This document shows, piece after piece, positions 1 to 12,957 of a stretch of DNA of 64,000 bases (its first letter is position 1; the number at the start of each line of letters is the position of its first letter). The stretch lies in NCBI RefSeq assembly GCF_009914755.1, contig NC_060938.1. One strand, written 5' to 3'. The notes below the pieces were generated by a model. It made no database searches and had not been told where the DNA came from. It saw nothing but the letters and a program-made list of their open reading frames with translations. This DNA comes from the human T2T-CHM13v2.0 reference genome, Homo sapiens. A program made the translations under genes and the position numbers.

Positions 1-1303
1 CAGCAATTCGGTCACATCCTCAGGATGCCCATGGAATTCTAGTTCTCTTGCTATTCCCACATCTGCAATGACTTCCTCCACTGAAGTCCTGAACCCCTCA
101 AAGTCATCTACTAGGGTTGGTATCAACTTCTTTCATACTCCTGTTAGTACTGATATTTTGACCTTCTCCCATGAATCACAAATGTTCTTAATGGCATCTA
201 GAATGGTGAGTCCTTTCCAGAAGGTTTTCAATTTACTTTGCCCAGATCCATCAGAGGAATCACTATATGTGGCAGCAATAGCCTTAGAAAATGTATTTCT
301 TAAATTATAAGACTTGAAAGTCTAAATTATTCCTTGGCCCATGGGCTGCAGAATGAATGTTGGTGTTAGCAGGCATGAAAACAATGTTAATCTCCTTGTA
401 CATCTTCATCAGAGCTCATAGGTGATCAGGTGCATTGTCATTGAGCAGTCATATTTTGAGAAGAATCATTTTTTCTCTGCAGTAGGTCTCAACAGTGGGT
501 TTAAATTTTCAGTAAACCAGATGTGCTCTTTACTGTAAACCAGTAAACAGATGTGCTGTCATTCAAGCCTTGTTATTTCATTTATAGAAATAATGAAATG
601 TTATTTCATTTATAGAAATAGTGAAATGTTATTTCATTTATAGAAATAGTGAAATGTTATTTCATTTATAGGAAGAGTTGATTTAGCATGATTCTTAAGA
701 GCCTGAGGATTTTCAAAATGGTAAATGAGCATTGGCTTCAACTTAAAGTCACCAGTTGCATTAGCCCTTAACAAGAGAGTTCAGCCTGTCCTCTGAAGCT
801 TAGAAACCAGGTATTGACTCCTCCTCTCCAGCTGTGAAAGCCGTAGGTAGCATTTTCTTCCACTAGAAAGCTGTTGTGTCTCCACTGAAAATCTGTTGTT
901 TAGTGTAGCCGCCTTCCTCAGTGATCTTAGCTAGATCTTCTGGATAACTTGCTGCAACTTCTGTATCAGCACGTGCTCCTTCACCTTGTACTTTATTTTT
1001 TATTTTTATTTTTTTAAATACCCCTTGGTGATCTGCACACCTTGTACTTTTATGTTATAGGATGACTTCTTTCCTTAAACCTCATGAACTAACCTCTGCT
1101 AGCATCAAACTTCTCTTCTGCAGCTTCCTCACCTCTCTCAGGCTTCAGAGAATAGAAGAGAGTTAAGACCTTGCTCTGACTAGGCTTTGGCTGAAGGGAC
1201 TGTTATGGCTGGTTTGTTCTTCTATCCAGACCACTCAAACTTTTTCCAACTTAGCAATAAGACTGTTTTTCTTTCTTATCATTTGTGTGTTCCCTGAAGT
1301 AGC
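1..1303 (-). mobile_element. Tigger1 (TcMar-Tigger) DNA transposon, decayed internal transposase fragment
   Basis: The reverse strand resembles Tigger1/TIGD1 transposase coding sequence ([36 protein letters not shown] motifs) with stops and indels. Confidence 0.85.
571..671. repeat. 28-bp minisatellite, ~3.6 copies (tgttatttcatttatagaaatartgaaa) inside Tigger1
   Basis: Units start at 571, 599, 627 and 655. Confidence 0.9.
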
Positions 1304-1865
1304 TTCCACCAGATAAGAAGCTTCCCCAATAATACAGTTTGGGGGCTGCTTGGAAAGCTGTTTGTCTTCTCAGCAACTTAGTACCCTCTCTCTGAGTTTG
1401 CCCACCCCTCACAGCCAAGATGGGTCCATGAGATTACTCCTCCTGAGAAGCGGGAACTGGGACTGTGAGGTGCTGATCAGTTTCAGTATAGCTGCAATAG
1501 AGACATGTACTCTTGGGAGTTGCAGGATGATCTCTCAGTAGAGGAGGGAAAGAGGTCTAGGACCTGCAGAGGGGGGACAATGAGGCAGAATCCCAGAGAG
1601 CCATGCTGAAGAAGGTCTCTATTGTCCCATGGGAGAGATCCCCAGCATGTCTATCTGGGCCCCCTCCCTTCCAGAACTGGGGGAATCCCTGACCACCCAT
1701 GGGGACCACAAGGCACACCTATACCTGTGTCAGATTCACCTTCCTGCCACACAGAATCTCAGAACAGGCAGAGGTAAGAGATCCAGGCAGATGCCAGGCC
1801 AGCCCCTGTGGGGCAACTCGGCTCTCAGAGGTGCTTCTTTAGCCAGTACAATGTTTAGAAATTAG

Positions 1866-2169
1866 GGCCAGGCACAGTGGCGCAGTGGCTCACATCTGTA
1901 ATCCCAGCACTTTGGGAGGCAGAGGCAGGTCGATCACCTGAGGTCAGGAGTTTGAGACCATCCTAGCCAAGATAGTGAAACCCCGTCTCTACTAAAAATA
2001 CAAAAATTAGCTGGGCCTGGTGGCAGGTGCCTGTAATCCTGGCTACTGGGGAGGCTGAGGCAGGAGAATCACTTGAACCTGGGAGGCAGAGGTTCAGTGA
2101 GCCGAGATGGTGCCACTGTACTCCAGCCTGGGCAACAGAGTGAAACTCCGTCTCAAAAAAAAAAAAAAA
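1866..2169 (+). mobile_element. Alu (AluS-type), full length
   Basis: Dimeric Alu, A-tail, flanking gtttagaaat TSD. Confidence 0.95.
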
Positions 2170-3409
2170 GTTTAGAAATCGGAAACTTTCCATTAAAAAT
2201 TCCAGATTTTCAGCATTTTTTAAACTGTAAGGGCTAGGGTGCTCAGGCCCTCATTCCTGTTGGACAGCTGTTGGTGAGAACGGAGAAGAGGCTGTCCCTT
2301 TTGCCTGGTTCCCAGTTGACCCCAACCCTACCCCGTCGGTGCAGTTTTATTTCCATCTGTCCTGAGGACACTGATTGATTTTGCAAAAACAGAGCTTGTC
2401 TCTGTCCGCCTCTCTTTTAAAGATTTCTCCAAATCTTTAAAATGGAGGAAATGGACATGTAAAACCTTGTTGGGGGTCAGAAGAAGATGGAACCCTCGCA
2501 AGATGAGCTGTTTTCTGATGATCTACTTTTGCCAAACAAAATATCCCAAACAGCAACCATTTTATTGGTCAGGAATTCAGAGCATGAGGACTTGGGAATG
2601 AAAAGAGGACCCAGGAAGAGAGCAGAGGGCAAGCTTGGCCAAGGTGCACCATGGGCCACAACCAAAAGGGGCTGCTCAGATTCTTGGAATTGTGACTGTC
2701 TCCTCTATGGTCATTTATCAGCAACAGGGTCATGGCGGGGCTCCATCTGGTGTCCACCTGAGGAATTCTGGCTTCTCAGAGCAGGTGAGCATTGGGGCTA
2801 GGCCCATGGAAGCCAGGCTTTAAGAGACTTGTCCTGTGTTTCTCAGCAGTGATCCAGGGAGCTGAAGGAAACCTTTCAGATCAGCCTGGGAGGGGGCTGA
2901 AGGACTGTTCTAGGTGCAGTAGTTATATAGACCGCTTCCCTGGGGTCCAGGGAGGCCTGAGAGTGGCCTGCAGACTTGTTTTAGAAACAACTAAGGAATA
3001 ATAATGGGGCCCTGGAGGCAGGGGTCTTCTTGTCCATCTCATTTGTACTCACTGTGTTTATAGATGAGCAAGATGAGCCTTTGGGAAGAGACTTGCTCAA
3101 GGCCACCCACCCAGAAGCCGCTGGGGTTGAAGTTGAACATGGGTCTGTCCGCAAAGCCCATGTTTTCAAACAGGGCTTTGAAACCCTTGGAAACATGTTA
3201 CAGCCCTGTTGAGGGAGACGGCGGAGGAGATGACTCATTCCCATCCAGGAGGAAATAATTCAGCCTCTGGAGGAGAGGAAAAGTCAGTGGGGGGTGGTTA
3301 TGACCTAACGAAGGGAACCTGTAGGAATCTGGGCAGAGGGGGAAGGGGTGTGAGCTGGAGTAGTCAGGGTGGCCTCCTGGAGGCTGTACTTTTTCCCCCC
3401 CTTAAAAAA

Positions 3410-4072
3410 AAATAACAGCTTTATTGAGGTATAATTTGTATACTGTACAATTCACCCACTTACAGCATACAATTCAATGGTTTTTACTGTAGCCAGAGTT
3501 GTGCAACCATCACTACAATGAATTTTAGAACATTTTCATCACCCCATAACTCTTAGCAGTCATTCCTCATTTTCTTCTCTTCCCCAGGATTCTGACAATC
3601 ACTAGAGTATTTTCTGTCTCTCTGGACTTGCCTATACTGGACATTTCATATAAATGGAATGTGGTCCTTCGTGACTAGCTTCTTTCACTGAGCATAATGC
3701 TTTTGAGGTTTATGCATGGTGTAGCATGTGCCAGTACTTCATTCCTTTTCATGGCCTAATAATATTCCACTGTATGGATGTATCACATTGTGTTTATCCA
3801 TTTGTCAACTGATGACATTAGATTGTTTCCACCTTTTGGCTAGTATGAACAATACTACTCTTTATAGTAGTATTATATACTATATATATAGTATATACTA
3901 TTATAAACTTATACATGAACACTCATGTATAAGTTTTTGCATGAACATGTTTTCATTTTTCTTGGCTACATAACTAGGAATGCAATTACTGGGCCATATG
4001 CTTAACTTGACGTTTAACTTTTTGAGGAACTGCTAGACTCTTTTCCAAAGTGGCTGCACCATTTTACATCCC
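3410..4072 (-). mobile_element. Old L1 (L1M) 3' end fragment
   Basis: ctttattgaggtataattt...ttccaaagtggctgcaccattttacatccc is the typical antisense L1M 3' region. Confidence 0.75.
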
Positions 4073-4234
4073 AGGGGGAAGGCTGGACTTTTCGTGTATG
4101 CTCAGATGTGAATTCTTTTCTTTCTAACTTCTAGAAGGCAGGCTGATTTGGTGGAAATCCAGGGAAGATGGAGGAGGAGGGTGTGAGGAGAGAGCAGCAG
4201 GGCAGAGAGGCCTGGGGATCCTTTCACCAGAGCC

Positions 4235-4335
4235 CTGGGCTCAGTCCTGTCTGGTCCTCACTTGCCATATGGCCTTGAGCAAGTCACCTCCACTCTCTAG
4301 GCCTCAGTTTCCTTATCTCTAAAATGATGGTATTA
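4235..4335 (+). mobile_element. MIR fragment
   Basis: MIR core ccttgagcaagtcac...gcctcagtttccttatctctaaaatg. Confidence 0.65.
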
Positions 4336-4339
4336 GACC

Positions 4340-4583
4340 TCGACGATTTTGCCCCCGGAGGACACTTGTGATATCTAGAGACATTTCTGGTCGTTACAGA
4401 GAGAGGCTGATGCTATGGGTATTTTATGAATCATGGAGAGGCCATGGATACCGTTAAACCTCCTGCAGTTTTGAAGGAGGTTTAATAACAAAGCATTAGC
4501 TGGCCCCAATAACAAAGCATTAGCCCCAATAACAAAGCATTAGCCGGCCCCAAATGGCAGTAGCGGCCAGGTAAAGAAATCCT
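4340..4583 (+). mobile_element. MER20 (hAT-Charlie) with an internal hairpin and a 17-bp triplication
   Basis: gattttgcccccggaggacac...aacaaagcattagccggccccaaatggcagtag...gaaatcctg resembles MER20. Confidence 0.65.
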
Positions 4584-5436
4584 GCATGAGACTGAGGTGA
4601 CCTAATAGGGTCCAGTCCTGCTCAGTCACTCTGGGAAATGCTCTGGGAAAACACTGGGCTCGGGAGGCATTTTTGAACACCCAGGCACTTAGAAGAGGCC
4701 TCACGGTCCCACCTGGGGTTGCTGTGGGTCTTGCATTTGTGTCAGCTGTCTGGCGTTCTCCATCTGCGGTACCCGGCACAGGTGAATTAGATGCCAGGCT
4801 TGATGGACGAGCAGTCCGCCTTGTTGAGGAGTGAGCTCCTTGTCACGGGAAGCATCCAAGAGGAGGCGGCGTGCACATCTGTCAGGAATGTGGAGGAGGC
4901 GCCCTGGCTCTGGTCTGAGGTTGCCCTTGAACGATTTCGAGGCTCCCTCGGGCAAGGCTGTGGCTCCGAGTGGGACGAACTCCCCGCCAGCTCTGGGCCT
5001 CCCCACCTGCCGGCCCGCGGTCGGCGCCGGCACAGGCGGAGGGCGTCTTCCTTCCCCTGCGGCCCCAAGCCAAGTGGAAGACTTTTCTCTAAGTTTCCCT
5101 CTCCGAAGCCCCGCGGGCCTCCCGCGCCCCAGCCCCAGCCACAGCCTGTGGAGGCGGCACCCCGAGGTTGGGCGCCCGTGCGGCGCCTTGGCCCCAGCAC
5201 CCCCCGCCCCGAGGCCCGGCCCCGGGGGCGCGGCCGCCCGGGCCTCCGTGTGCCCCAGGGGGCTCCGGGCCGCGAGCCGCTGCCGAATGGCTTTTGACAA
5301 AAAAACCCTTGACCACCAAGGCCAGCCTCTTCCTGAAAGCCCCGCTCGCTCCGATACAGGAAGTAGAAGGGAGCGAGAGCCCCAGAGCGCGGCGGCAGCG
5401 GCGGCCTGGCCCTTCCAGAGGGCCAGAGCCAGGGAC

Positions 5437-5481
5437 ATGCGGGCGCCCGGGACTCCGCGTTCCGCGCGGCCCGGCGCCTGA
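5437..5481 (+). other. Upstream ORF (MRAPGTPRSARPGA*) in the probable RIN3 5' UTR
   Basis: gacATGc start; TGA at 5479-5481, 35 nt before the main ATG. Translation is not demonstrated. Confidence 0.55.
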
Positions 5482-5516
5482 GCGCCTCCGTTCCCCGTCC
5501 CGGAGCTGCCGGCGGC

Positions 5517-5560
5517 ATGATCCGACACGCCGGGGCGCCCGCGCGCGGGGACCCCACGGG
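5517..5560 (+). CDS. RIN3: RIN3 coding exon 1 (MIRHAGAPARGDPTG, phase-2 end)
   Basis: ATG in gcggcATGa context inside the CpG island; 44 coding nt end at a consensus donor GG|gtaagt; the translation matches the remembered N-terminus of human RIN3 and splices in frame to 49463. Confidence 0.96.
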
Positions 5561-8500
5561 GTAAGTCCGGGCGGCCGCCCCCTCCTCCCTCGCGATCCCC
5601 ACGGCCCGCGTCCTGGCCGCCCCACTCCACTTCTTGTCCCAGAGAGTCCTTCGGGCGCGTGACCTCGGGGTTGTCGGGCTGATACGGGACCCCCACCGTG
5701 GCCGAGGCCAGAACCTGGTTCTGCGGGGCAGGGGGCGGCCCTGGTGACTCCGCTGGACCCGATGTTGGCTAAACTTTCAAGGCCAGGCATTTAACTGGGA
5801 ACCCAGTGCACACTTTAGGCTGCTGGTGGACGGATTACGAGGGAGTGCGTCGCTACCTGTCAGCGCCGGGGCTGCCCGCGTGGACGCGGCCCCCTCCCTG
5901 GCGTCTGCCCCGCCTGAACTTTGCAAACAAAACTCGCGGTCCCAGCCCCGCCAGCCTGCTGCACCCGCTGCTCTGCGAGTCGCAGCGCGCGCCCTCGGGT
6001 ACTAGAGCCCCGCTGGGCGTGGGGTCGGAGACCCGGACCCCCGCAACTTTGGGTGCCCGCGGCCCAACAGCTGACCGGCCCTCCTGGACCGAGGGTCCAC
6101 TGGGCCCTTTTCCCGCCGCCCCTCTGCCCTGGCCGTAGACGGTGACCTTCGGACCGGCCCTGGTCGAGCCTAGTGCTTGGGTAGGGTCCAGGGCGCACGG
6201 GCTGCGCGCGGGCTGTGGATGCATGACGCCGAATGGTTTGGGAACTGACTTGGAGAGGAGTCCCCGGTGGCTAAGTCCCCGCTCCGCCTCCTTGTCGCCC
6301 CCAGCCCCACCTCGCGAGCTCGGGCATTGCTCGGGGCTGGGCTCTGGGAGAAAGTCCTCTCGCCTTGCCCAGCTCAGAGGGCGTCCTGAGAAGCTTCAGG
6401 TGTTGTAGAGACGCCCGGTCGGAGGCGGATTCCCGGGGAAAGCCTATTTCTGGGTACCCAGGAGCGCGTCTGGGGAGGCCATTCCCAGCTTTTTGGTTTA
6501 AAAGTCCCGGGCCTACTTCTCTGATGGACACCCTGCCGCTCCCTGGCTTGGCAGTGGGACCTCATCTCCCAGGCCCTCAGTTCTCTGCTCTGTGAAACAG
6601 GAGAGTTGGGCCCATCTTGTGCAGTCCTGAACTGGGGGACAGCTGGAGGTGACTGGCTCTCACTCAGCTGGGAGGGACTGGGAGGGGGCCTTAAGCTCAT
6701 CTAGATCTGAACGTCTCCCTTCCCTTCTTCTCCCTCCATCCTGCCAGCCCGGAAATTCTGGATGCTGGTTTCTTTCTCTCGAAAGCGACCTCTGCAAAGA
6801 CAAATACCATCCGGTGGGAAGAACTGGGAATCCGTTGGGGAAGAGCCCCCCAACCCTCACACCCACTTGCAAGTATCTGCCACACCCAAGATGGCAGGGT
6901 GAAGCCGGAGAGGAGTTTCTCAGGGAGGAAGGGGAGGTGAGGGGCCAGGGCGCTGGCCTCACCGGCTTCTCATTTTCCCCAGAGATGACCTAGTGTGATC
7001 CACTTCCTCTTGTCTTTTTTTGTTCATTACTGGGTCGGTTATTTAAACTCTCTGTATCTCAGTTCACTTATCAATAAAATGATAAATAATAGTAACTACC
7101 CCTTAGAGTTGTTTTGAGGACTAAATACACAGAGTTGAATACATTAGACTATATGGTAAACCCTTAATCATAATTATCACCATTATTATCATTTGTTGGG
7201 TATGATCCCTCCATTTGCCAAATGTGTAACCTTAGACAAATGACCCGGCCCCTGCCTCACCTGTAAACTGGGGGTGCTAGCAACACACACCACATAGAAT
7301 TGTTTCGTGGATTGGCTGAGTTCATAGCTAAGTAGCTGCCCCCAGGCAGCTTAGGGGAAACATCCGTTCAGGCCTGCTTAGAACTGTGCTTGGTACATTC
7401 TAGCACTGTATGAATATTGGTTTGTTGCTAAAACATGGCTTTGTTTTGGAGGACCTTTTGGGTTGGAAGGACTTTGAAGGGTAGAGGATTTGCTGATGGA
7501 TTGGAGGGAGAGAGGAGTGGAGGATGACTCTGGTTGGGCTCTGTCTGCCCAGGGTCCAGTGCATCAGGGACAGATGCCGAACTGTGCGGAGTCTGCTGAG
7601 AGTGGGTTCTCAGAGTCCACTCAGGCCAGTAGCTTTCAGGGGGTAGGGAGAGACCTAGCAGGCACCCCCATGCAGCCCCACCATAGCAACTAGACCAGTC
7701 ACCTTTTCACATTTTTGCTATATTAAAGGTCTGCTTAAGATTTCATTTGGAAAAGGATTCCACTGCTGGAAAAAATGTGGCTGTCATTGACCTAATCAAT
7801 CCCCTAATTTAACAATGAGGAACCAGAAACCCAGAAAGGGGAAATGGGTTCCCTGGTATTGGGGGAGGTGGTGGTGGAACTCATGTCTCCTGAGCCTTGG
7901 CCTGATCTAATACAGGGGTCCTGCTGGAGCCCTGAAGAGGAGCCCCTTAACCACTCCAGGCTGAGACAGGGGGCTCTTCTGGGTGGGGCCCACCTACAGC
8001 AGGGCCAGTGATGGATTCAGGGTGTGAGCTCGCAGCTCCAGCTCTGTCCCTTGACCTTGGCTTCCTGGATTCAAGGAGCTAATGTTCCCTGGAGGTCCTG
8101 ACTGGCACTTAGCTAGGAGACCTAGCCCTTTCCAGATCCTAACAGAGGCTCTGATGCACAGGAGCAAAGGGTCACCTCACCATCTCAAGTCTGCTCTCCT
8201 GCCCCCCCACCCCGAGAAGCCCCAGTACATCCTCTGAGAAGCAGCTGGGAGTGCAAGGGGCTGGGGGTGCAGGGTCCCCTTGGGTTGAAGGAGTCGCAGC
8301 ACATTTATCCCTGAGGCCCTCCTCATCTCCCCTACCCCCTTGGTGCCCCTCTATCCGGGCCCTGGGTCCCTGATCTGTGATCTTCACTGAAGCTGCAAGT
8401 GTGAAAAGCTTGAAATGCCACAGGGCACCCGCATTTTAACCCAGGAGATACAGAAATCAAAACTGGAAACCTACCAGGAATTGATCTCAGCTGGAAGCAG

Positions 8501-10371
8501 AGAGAGGCATGATATTTGAAGGAGGACACCCAGACCCTTCACCATCCCCTTAGGCCTCCCTGGAGCTCCATTTTGGAGACAGGAGTCTGAGGTGGTCTGT
8601 GGTGCCTCCCAGTCCCTTGCCAGAGCAGAGACGGAAAGAATGGGTGACAGATGGCCACAAACTCTGTCTCTGTAACCCCCTGGAAGATTCCACCTGTCAT
8701 GGCAAGACATGGCAAGCTGTGTCATCTAGGCAGTGATGAGTGAGCACCATTGGGTGGGCAGCTCGGAGGAGGGGAGTGCCTGAGCAAAGGTTCGGGAGGT
8801 GGGAAAGTGTGGTGGAGGGGCTTGTGGGGCAGGGAGTGCACCCTTCAAAACCCAGAGGTACATGACACACATTGCTTTACAAAGCGACTGTTATCAGATA
8901 ACAGGGGTTGAGGAAACGGAAGACAAATTTTGTCTGGGGAGAGAATTACAGAAGAGGGGCAAAAGTATAAAGGGGGCTGCCCACAGAACCCCATCCTTGG
9001 GGCCTGGGTCACCTAGGGGATTGGGGGCATCTGTGTGTTCAGAAAGAGCCTTAACATGGGGTAAATGACACCCAAGGCCCCTTAACTTCCTGTTGGCCCC
9101 CAGCTATCTGATCCTATTAGGGAGTAACCTTTAGAAGAGAGTGGGGGGCCATGCGTTATCATCTTGTTATTGGGTAATTGATTGGTGCTGCTCTGATGGC
9201 CAACTCCAGAATGTCCTGTTGATACAACTATTGCCCCGAACCAGCATTTATTCTGAGAACCAGGAAGTCGAATTTCTCCTGCCCACCAGGGGTGTCTGAA
9301 ACATGGATGTTTTCCCCCAAGATTGGAGCCAAAGATGAAAATCACAACTTTAATGACTTCCAAACTGGATCTCCCCTCCGTCCTACCCCACAGTGGGCCC
9401 TTCTGGTGGTTTGGTTGTTGCCAATCAAGCTAGAGGGACTCTCAGGCCAGGCAGGGAAAGTGGTGTGTCCCCCAACAGCTCCCTAATTGCCCTCAGGTGA
9501 CATGCTGTCCTATTTAAAAGGTCCCTCAAGAAAGTCCTGCCCTCTGTACCCCAGCCCAGCCCTGCTGGAAGCCAGTGTACAGCTTCACATCTTCTGTCCT
9601 CTCCAACGTGCAGAGCTTGTCTGTGGTCTTGTACCTTTGCCCATGAGGTTCTTTCTGCCCTTTTTACAGGGCTCACCTCTTCCATGTAGCCTTCTATCCA
9701 TGCCAGCTCACAGAGATTCCTCCTTTTTGAATATTCATAGCCTTTTTCACATGAACCGCTTGTTTGCCTAGCAATTTGAAAGAAGCCAAAACCTCTTTAA
9801 TATCATGACTTCCTACTTCAGTTACAAACTTCCAAAGAAAGGGGTCAGGTCTTTTAGTTCCATATCCTTGTGTCCTACATGCACTTGGCACTCCATAAAT
9901 GCTTGAGGCCAATGATACGCTGATTGAAGGCTGCACAGCCTTTTCTTTTGTGTCCCTGGAGCCCCTGAATTTCTGGAGGTGTTTACAAGGTGGCCTAGAT
10001 CACAGGGCGGGGCTAAGTAGGGGGAGACCCAGGGCTTGGGGGGCTAGGAGCCCAACTCCATTCCGCAGCAGCTGGTGACCCCCACCACAAGGCTACCACA
10101 CTCCTCTCCAAGTCTGGAAAGCAGAGGCCACCCAGGCAATTGAGTAGGGACCCTGCTTGGCCCCAACTCCCCTAATTTTATCCTCCCCAGCTGTGCTCCT
10201 GATACTTGTCAGGGAGAAAGGATGGGGGAAGGAGAGGCCAGCCCTGGATACTGTGTCTCAGCCGGAAGAATGGAGAATAGCTTGGTGTACAGACTTGGGG
10301 GAGCCCTGGGGCATCAGTGGGTCCCAAATGCGGGTCTCTGGACCACTGAGAAACTGGGAAAATAAGGGTGG

Positions 10372-10373
<2 letters not shown>

Positions 10374-10420
<47 letters not shown>
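10374..10420. repeat. (TG)23 microsatellite
   Basis: Perfect dinucleotide run. Confidence 0.97.
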
Positions 10421-10421
<1 letters not shown>

Positions 10422-12649
10422 AGCATCAGTGTCAGCCATGGCTGCCAACGTGTCTTTTCTTAGGCAGAACTGTCCTTTGCTGGTTTGGAAGAGGCGTGGG
10501 TGTTTGCATGTTGTAGGTCATCAGTAGGGCTAGAGAATCTGGGGTCCTGTCTCCTCTAGTATTTTAGGATTTTATTCTAGGAAGCTGCTCCCTTCCCTCT
10601 GGACCTCATTTTCCCATCTGAGAAAAGAGCTCCATGTTCTCAAGGTCCCTGCTCGCTCTGACAGTCGGCTCCCTGAGTTACCAGCTAGCAGGCAACGGAA
10701 GCTGGTGTCCTAGAGTAATAGCATTCAGGGGATCAAAGTGCCCATTGGAGCTGAAGTGGCCCATGGAACAGTCTAGAACATGCAGGCACTTTCACAAGAA
10801 ACAAAGACCCATCCAGGAGACTTTTGGCTCATTACCCTGACCAAGCTACCTGGAAGGAAATGGTTTTTCTTTTTCTTTTTGTTATTGCTGTGGTTTTATT
10901 TTGAAAAACCTAGTCTTGAAAAAAGTACATTTGGTTTTGGGAGCCCACTTTGGGGCAGGACCCATGGCTCCTTGCCAAGTGGACAGTGAGCTGGGAAGGT
11001 TTCTCAGGCGGGGAGCCCTGGTGTGGCTGGAGTAGCCTCTCGAGGGTGGCTGGGCTGGTAAGGTGGAGCCTGCCTGGCCATCAGCTGTGGGAGCTGTGGA
11101 GGTGCTGAGGAGATCGCAGACAGCTGGGGATACGGGGCCTGGCTGTTTAGAGACCGTCTGTGAAGCCTGCCCCTGTCAGGGTTGGAGTCTGAGGGGCGGC
11201 CCTACCAACAGAGGATGAGACAGGTGTCCAGGCTGAGGGATGGCGCTCTCTGCCAGGCCTCGGTCTCCCTGCCCAGGGCTGCCCAGAGATAGCCAACGCG
11301 TCCCTGTGCAGGTGGGGGCGGCAGTGACGCTGTGTGCCTCCCTCCCCACGCACAGTGTAGTACAGCGAAGCCAGTCCGTCCCTCCTGCCAGCGTGGCCTT
11401 GATGGAGAAGAGAGGAGTAACGGGTACATGGGAGGCCTTCCCTCAGCCTGGCGTCCACAGGGCAGTGGGAAGGCATTACTATCTGTGTGGTGTCAGCGTT
11501 TATACAAGAGTCTGGAAGCCACCACTGTGTCCTCTCCTCTACTCTCCTGCCAGTAGGGCCTCTGTGCAGCTTTGGCATGTTTCCTCTCCACAGGGGTAGG
11601 GGTTGGAGGGACTGCCCCCAAAGCAGAAACAGTGCTGATAGTCAGAAGCTTTGAACATGGCTGCAGAACCCCCTGCCCCAATTTGACCTCAGTAATACCC
11701 AGGGGTGCCCCCACCTCAACCAGTACATGTTTAATGGAATGAACGAGCCTGCAATGAAATGTCGGTTCTCTTTTTAGCAGAAATGGCCTAGGCCGTGGTT
11801 GTGGTCAAGGCCTGTTGTCTGTAAGTGACGTGACGGCACACACTCAGGCCACATCCTATGGGGTAATGGTGCTTGCATCCCCACCTTCTGGAACTGAGAG
11901 AGCCCCAGAGCCTGGCTCTACACACAGGCCTGGAGCCATGGGGAAGCAAGGATTCCAGTAGAGGGGGGTGGGAGTGGGGCCTTTGAGCCCATCCTCGAGG
12001 GGCTGCCCTAGGGGGGCTCTCCTAGAGGATACTCCCCTGTGAAGGTGGCCTCCATTTTGCTACTGACTCTGGGACGTTTAGCAAAGCTGAGAACTTTTTA
12101 TTCCCTAGTTAAGAGATGCGCCACCCTACCTCCCGACTGACATTTAACACGGGGTGTCAGGCACTGATGCGAAAGCCTGTTCTCTGAAAGATAAGCTGGA
12201 GAGAGGGGTGGACAGAGGGCACCCCAACAGTAGCAGAGAAGCCTTCCCCTCCTCCAAAGTTTCCCAGAGCTAAATTGTTCTGTGAGTCAGTAAGTGTGCT
12301 TCTTCACCCATCTTCACGGACTGAAGAAATAAAGGGCTTTGCATCTGAAATTCACAATCTGATGATCTCTGGCTACAGGGAACAAGCTGTCAAGAAAGAG
12401 TCACCGGGGACCTTTTCCCCTAACCTCCATGTTCCCAGCTTCCTTAATCTCAGTCAATGTCAGAGATTGATAATGTAAATTTCTCTAGGGATGTTGCAGT
12501 TCAAAGCAAGGACTTATCTCTCTACCGATGGCATCTGGTGACAGCATTTATTATCGTTGCTTCTTTCTGTTCTTGACATTTTTGACGGAGCATCCATCTA
12601 AACTATACTCAAGGACTCTTCTCGCAATGGATATCTTCTCATTTATCTT

Positions 12650-12910
12650 CACCCATCCTCCTAATCATCATCCAGACATCCACCTGTCCATTCTATTCAC
12701 CATCCATCCATCTAGCCATCTACTTATCCACCCATCCATCCATACATCCACCCATCAACCCACCCTTCATCCATCCATCCACCTATCCACCCATCGACCT
12801 ATCCACCCTCCCACGCTTCTATCCATCCATTTATCTATCCATCCATGCATCCATCCATCCATCCACTCACCTACCCTTCCATCCTTCCATCTATCAATCC
12901 ATCTATTTAC
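12650..12910. repeat. Degenerate (CCAT)n simple repeat
   Basis: catc/ccat/ctat tetramers over ~260 nt. Confidence 0.85.
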
Positions 12911-12957
12911 TGAGCACCTGAACACCTAGGAGTTTCCAGTTTATCTACTAAGGAAAA

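Larger units (their letters stand above)
4950..6470. promoter_or_regulatory. RIN3: CpG island / RIN3 promoter and first exon
   Basis: Very high GC and CpG density against CpG-depleted flanks; GC boxes; ETS core caGGAAgt near 5358; no TATA box; spans exon 1. Confidence 0.9.

Noticed and set aside
1-1303. TIGD1-like transposase gene
   Set aside because: Interrupted by stops, indels, a minisatellite and an insertion; it is a decayed Tigger1 copy.
4701-6224. Long overlapping ORFs (up to 331 aa) on both strands
   Set aside because: Low-complexity Arg/Gly/Pro/Ala translations expected from stop-codon scarcity in a CpG island; no recognisable domain.
12528-12929. 133-aa His/Pro/Ser/Ile-rich ORF
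   Set aside because: Translation of the (CCAT)n simple repeat.
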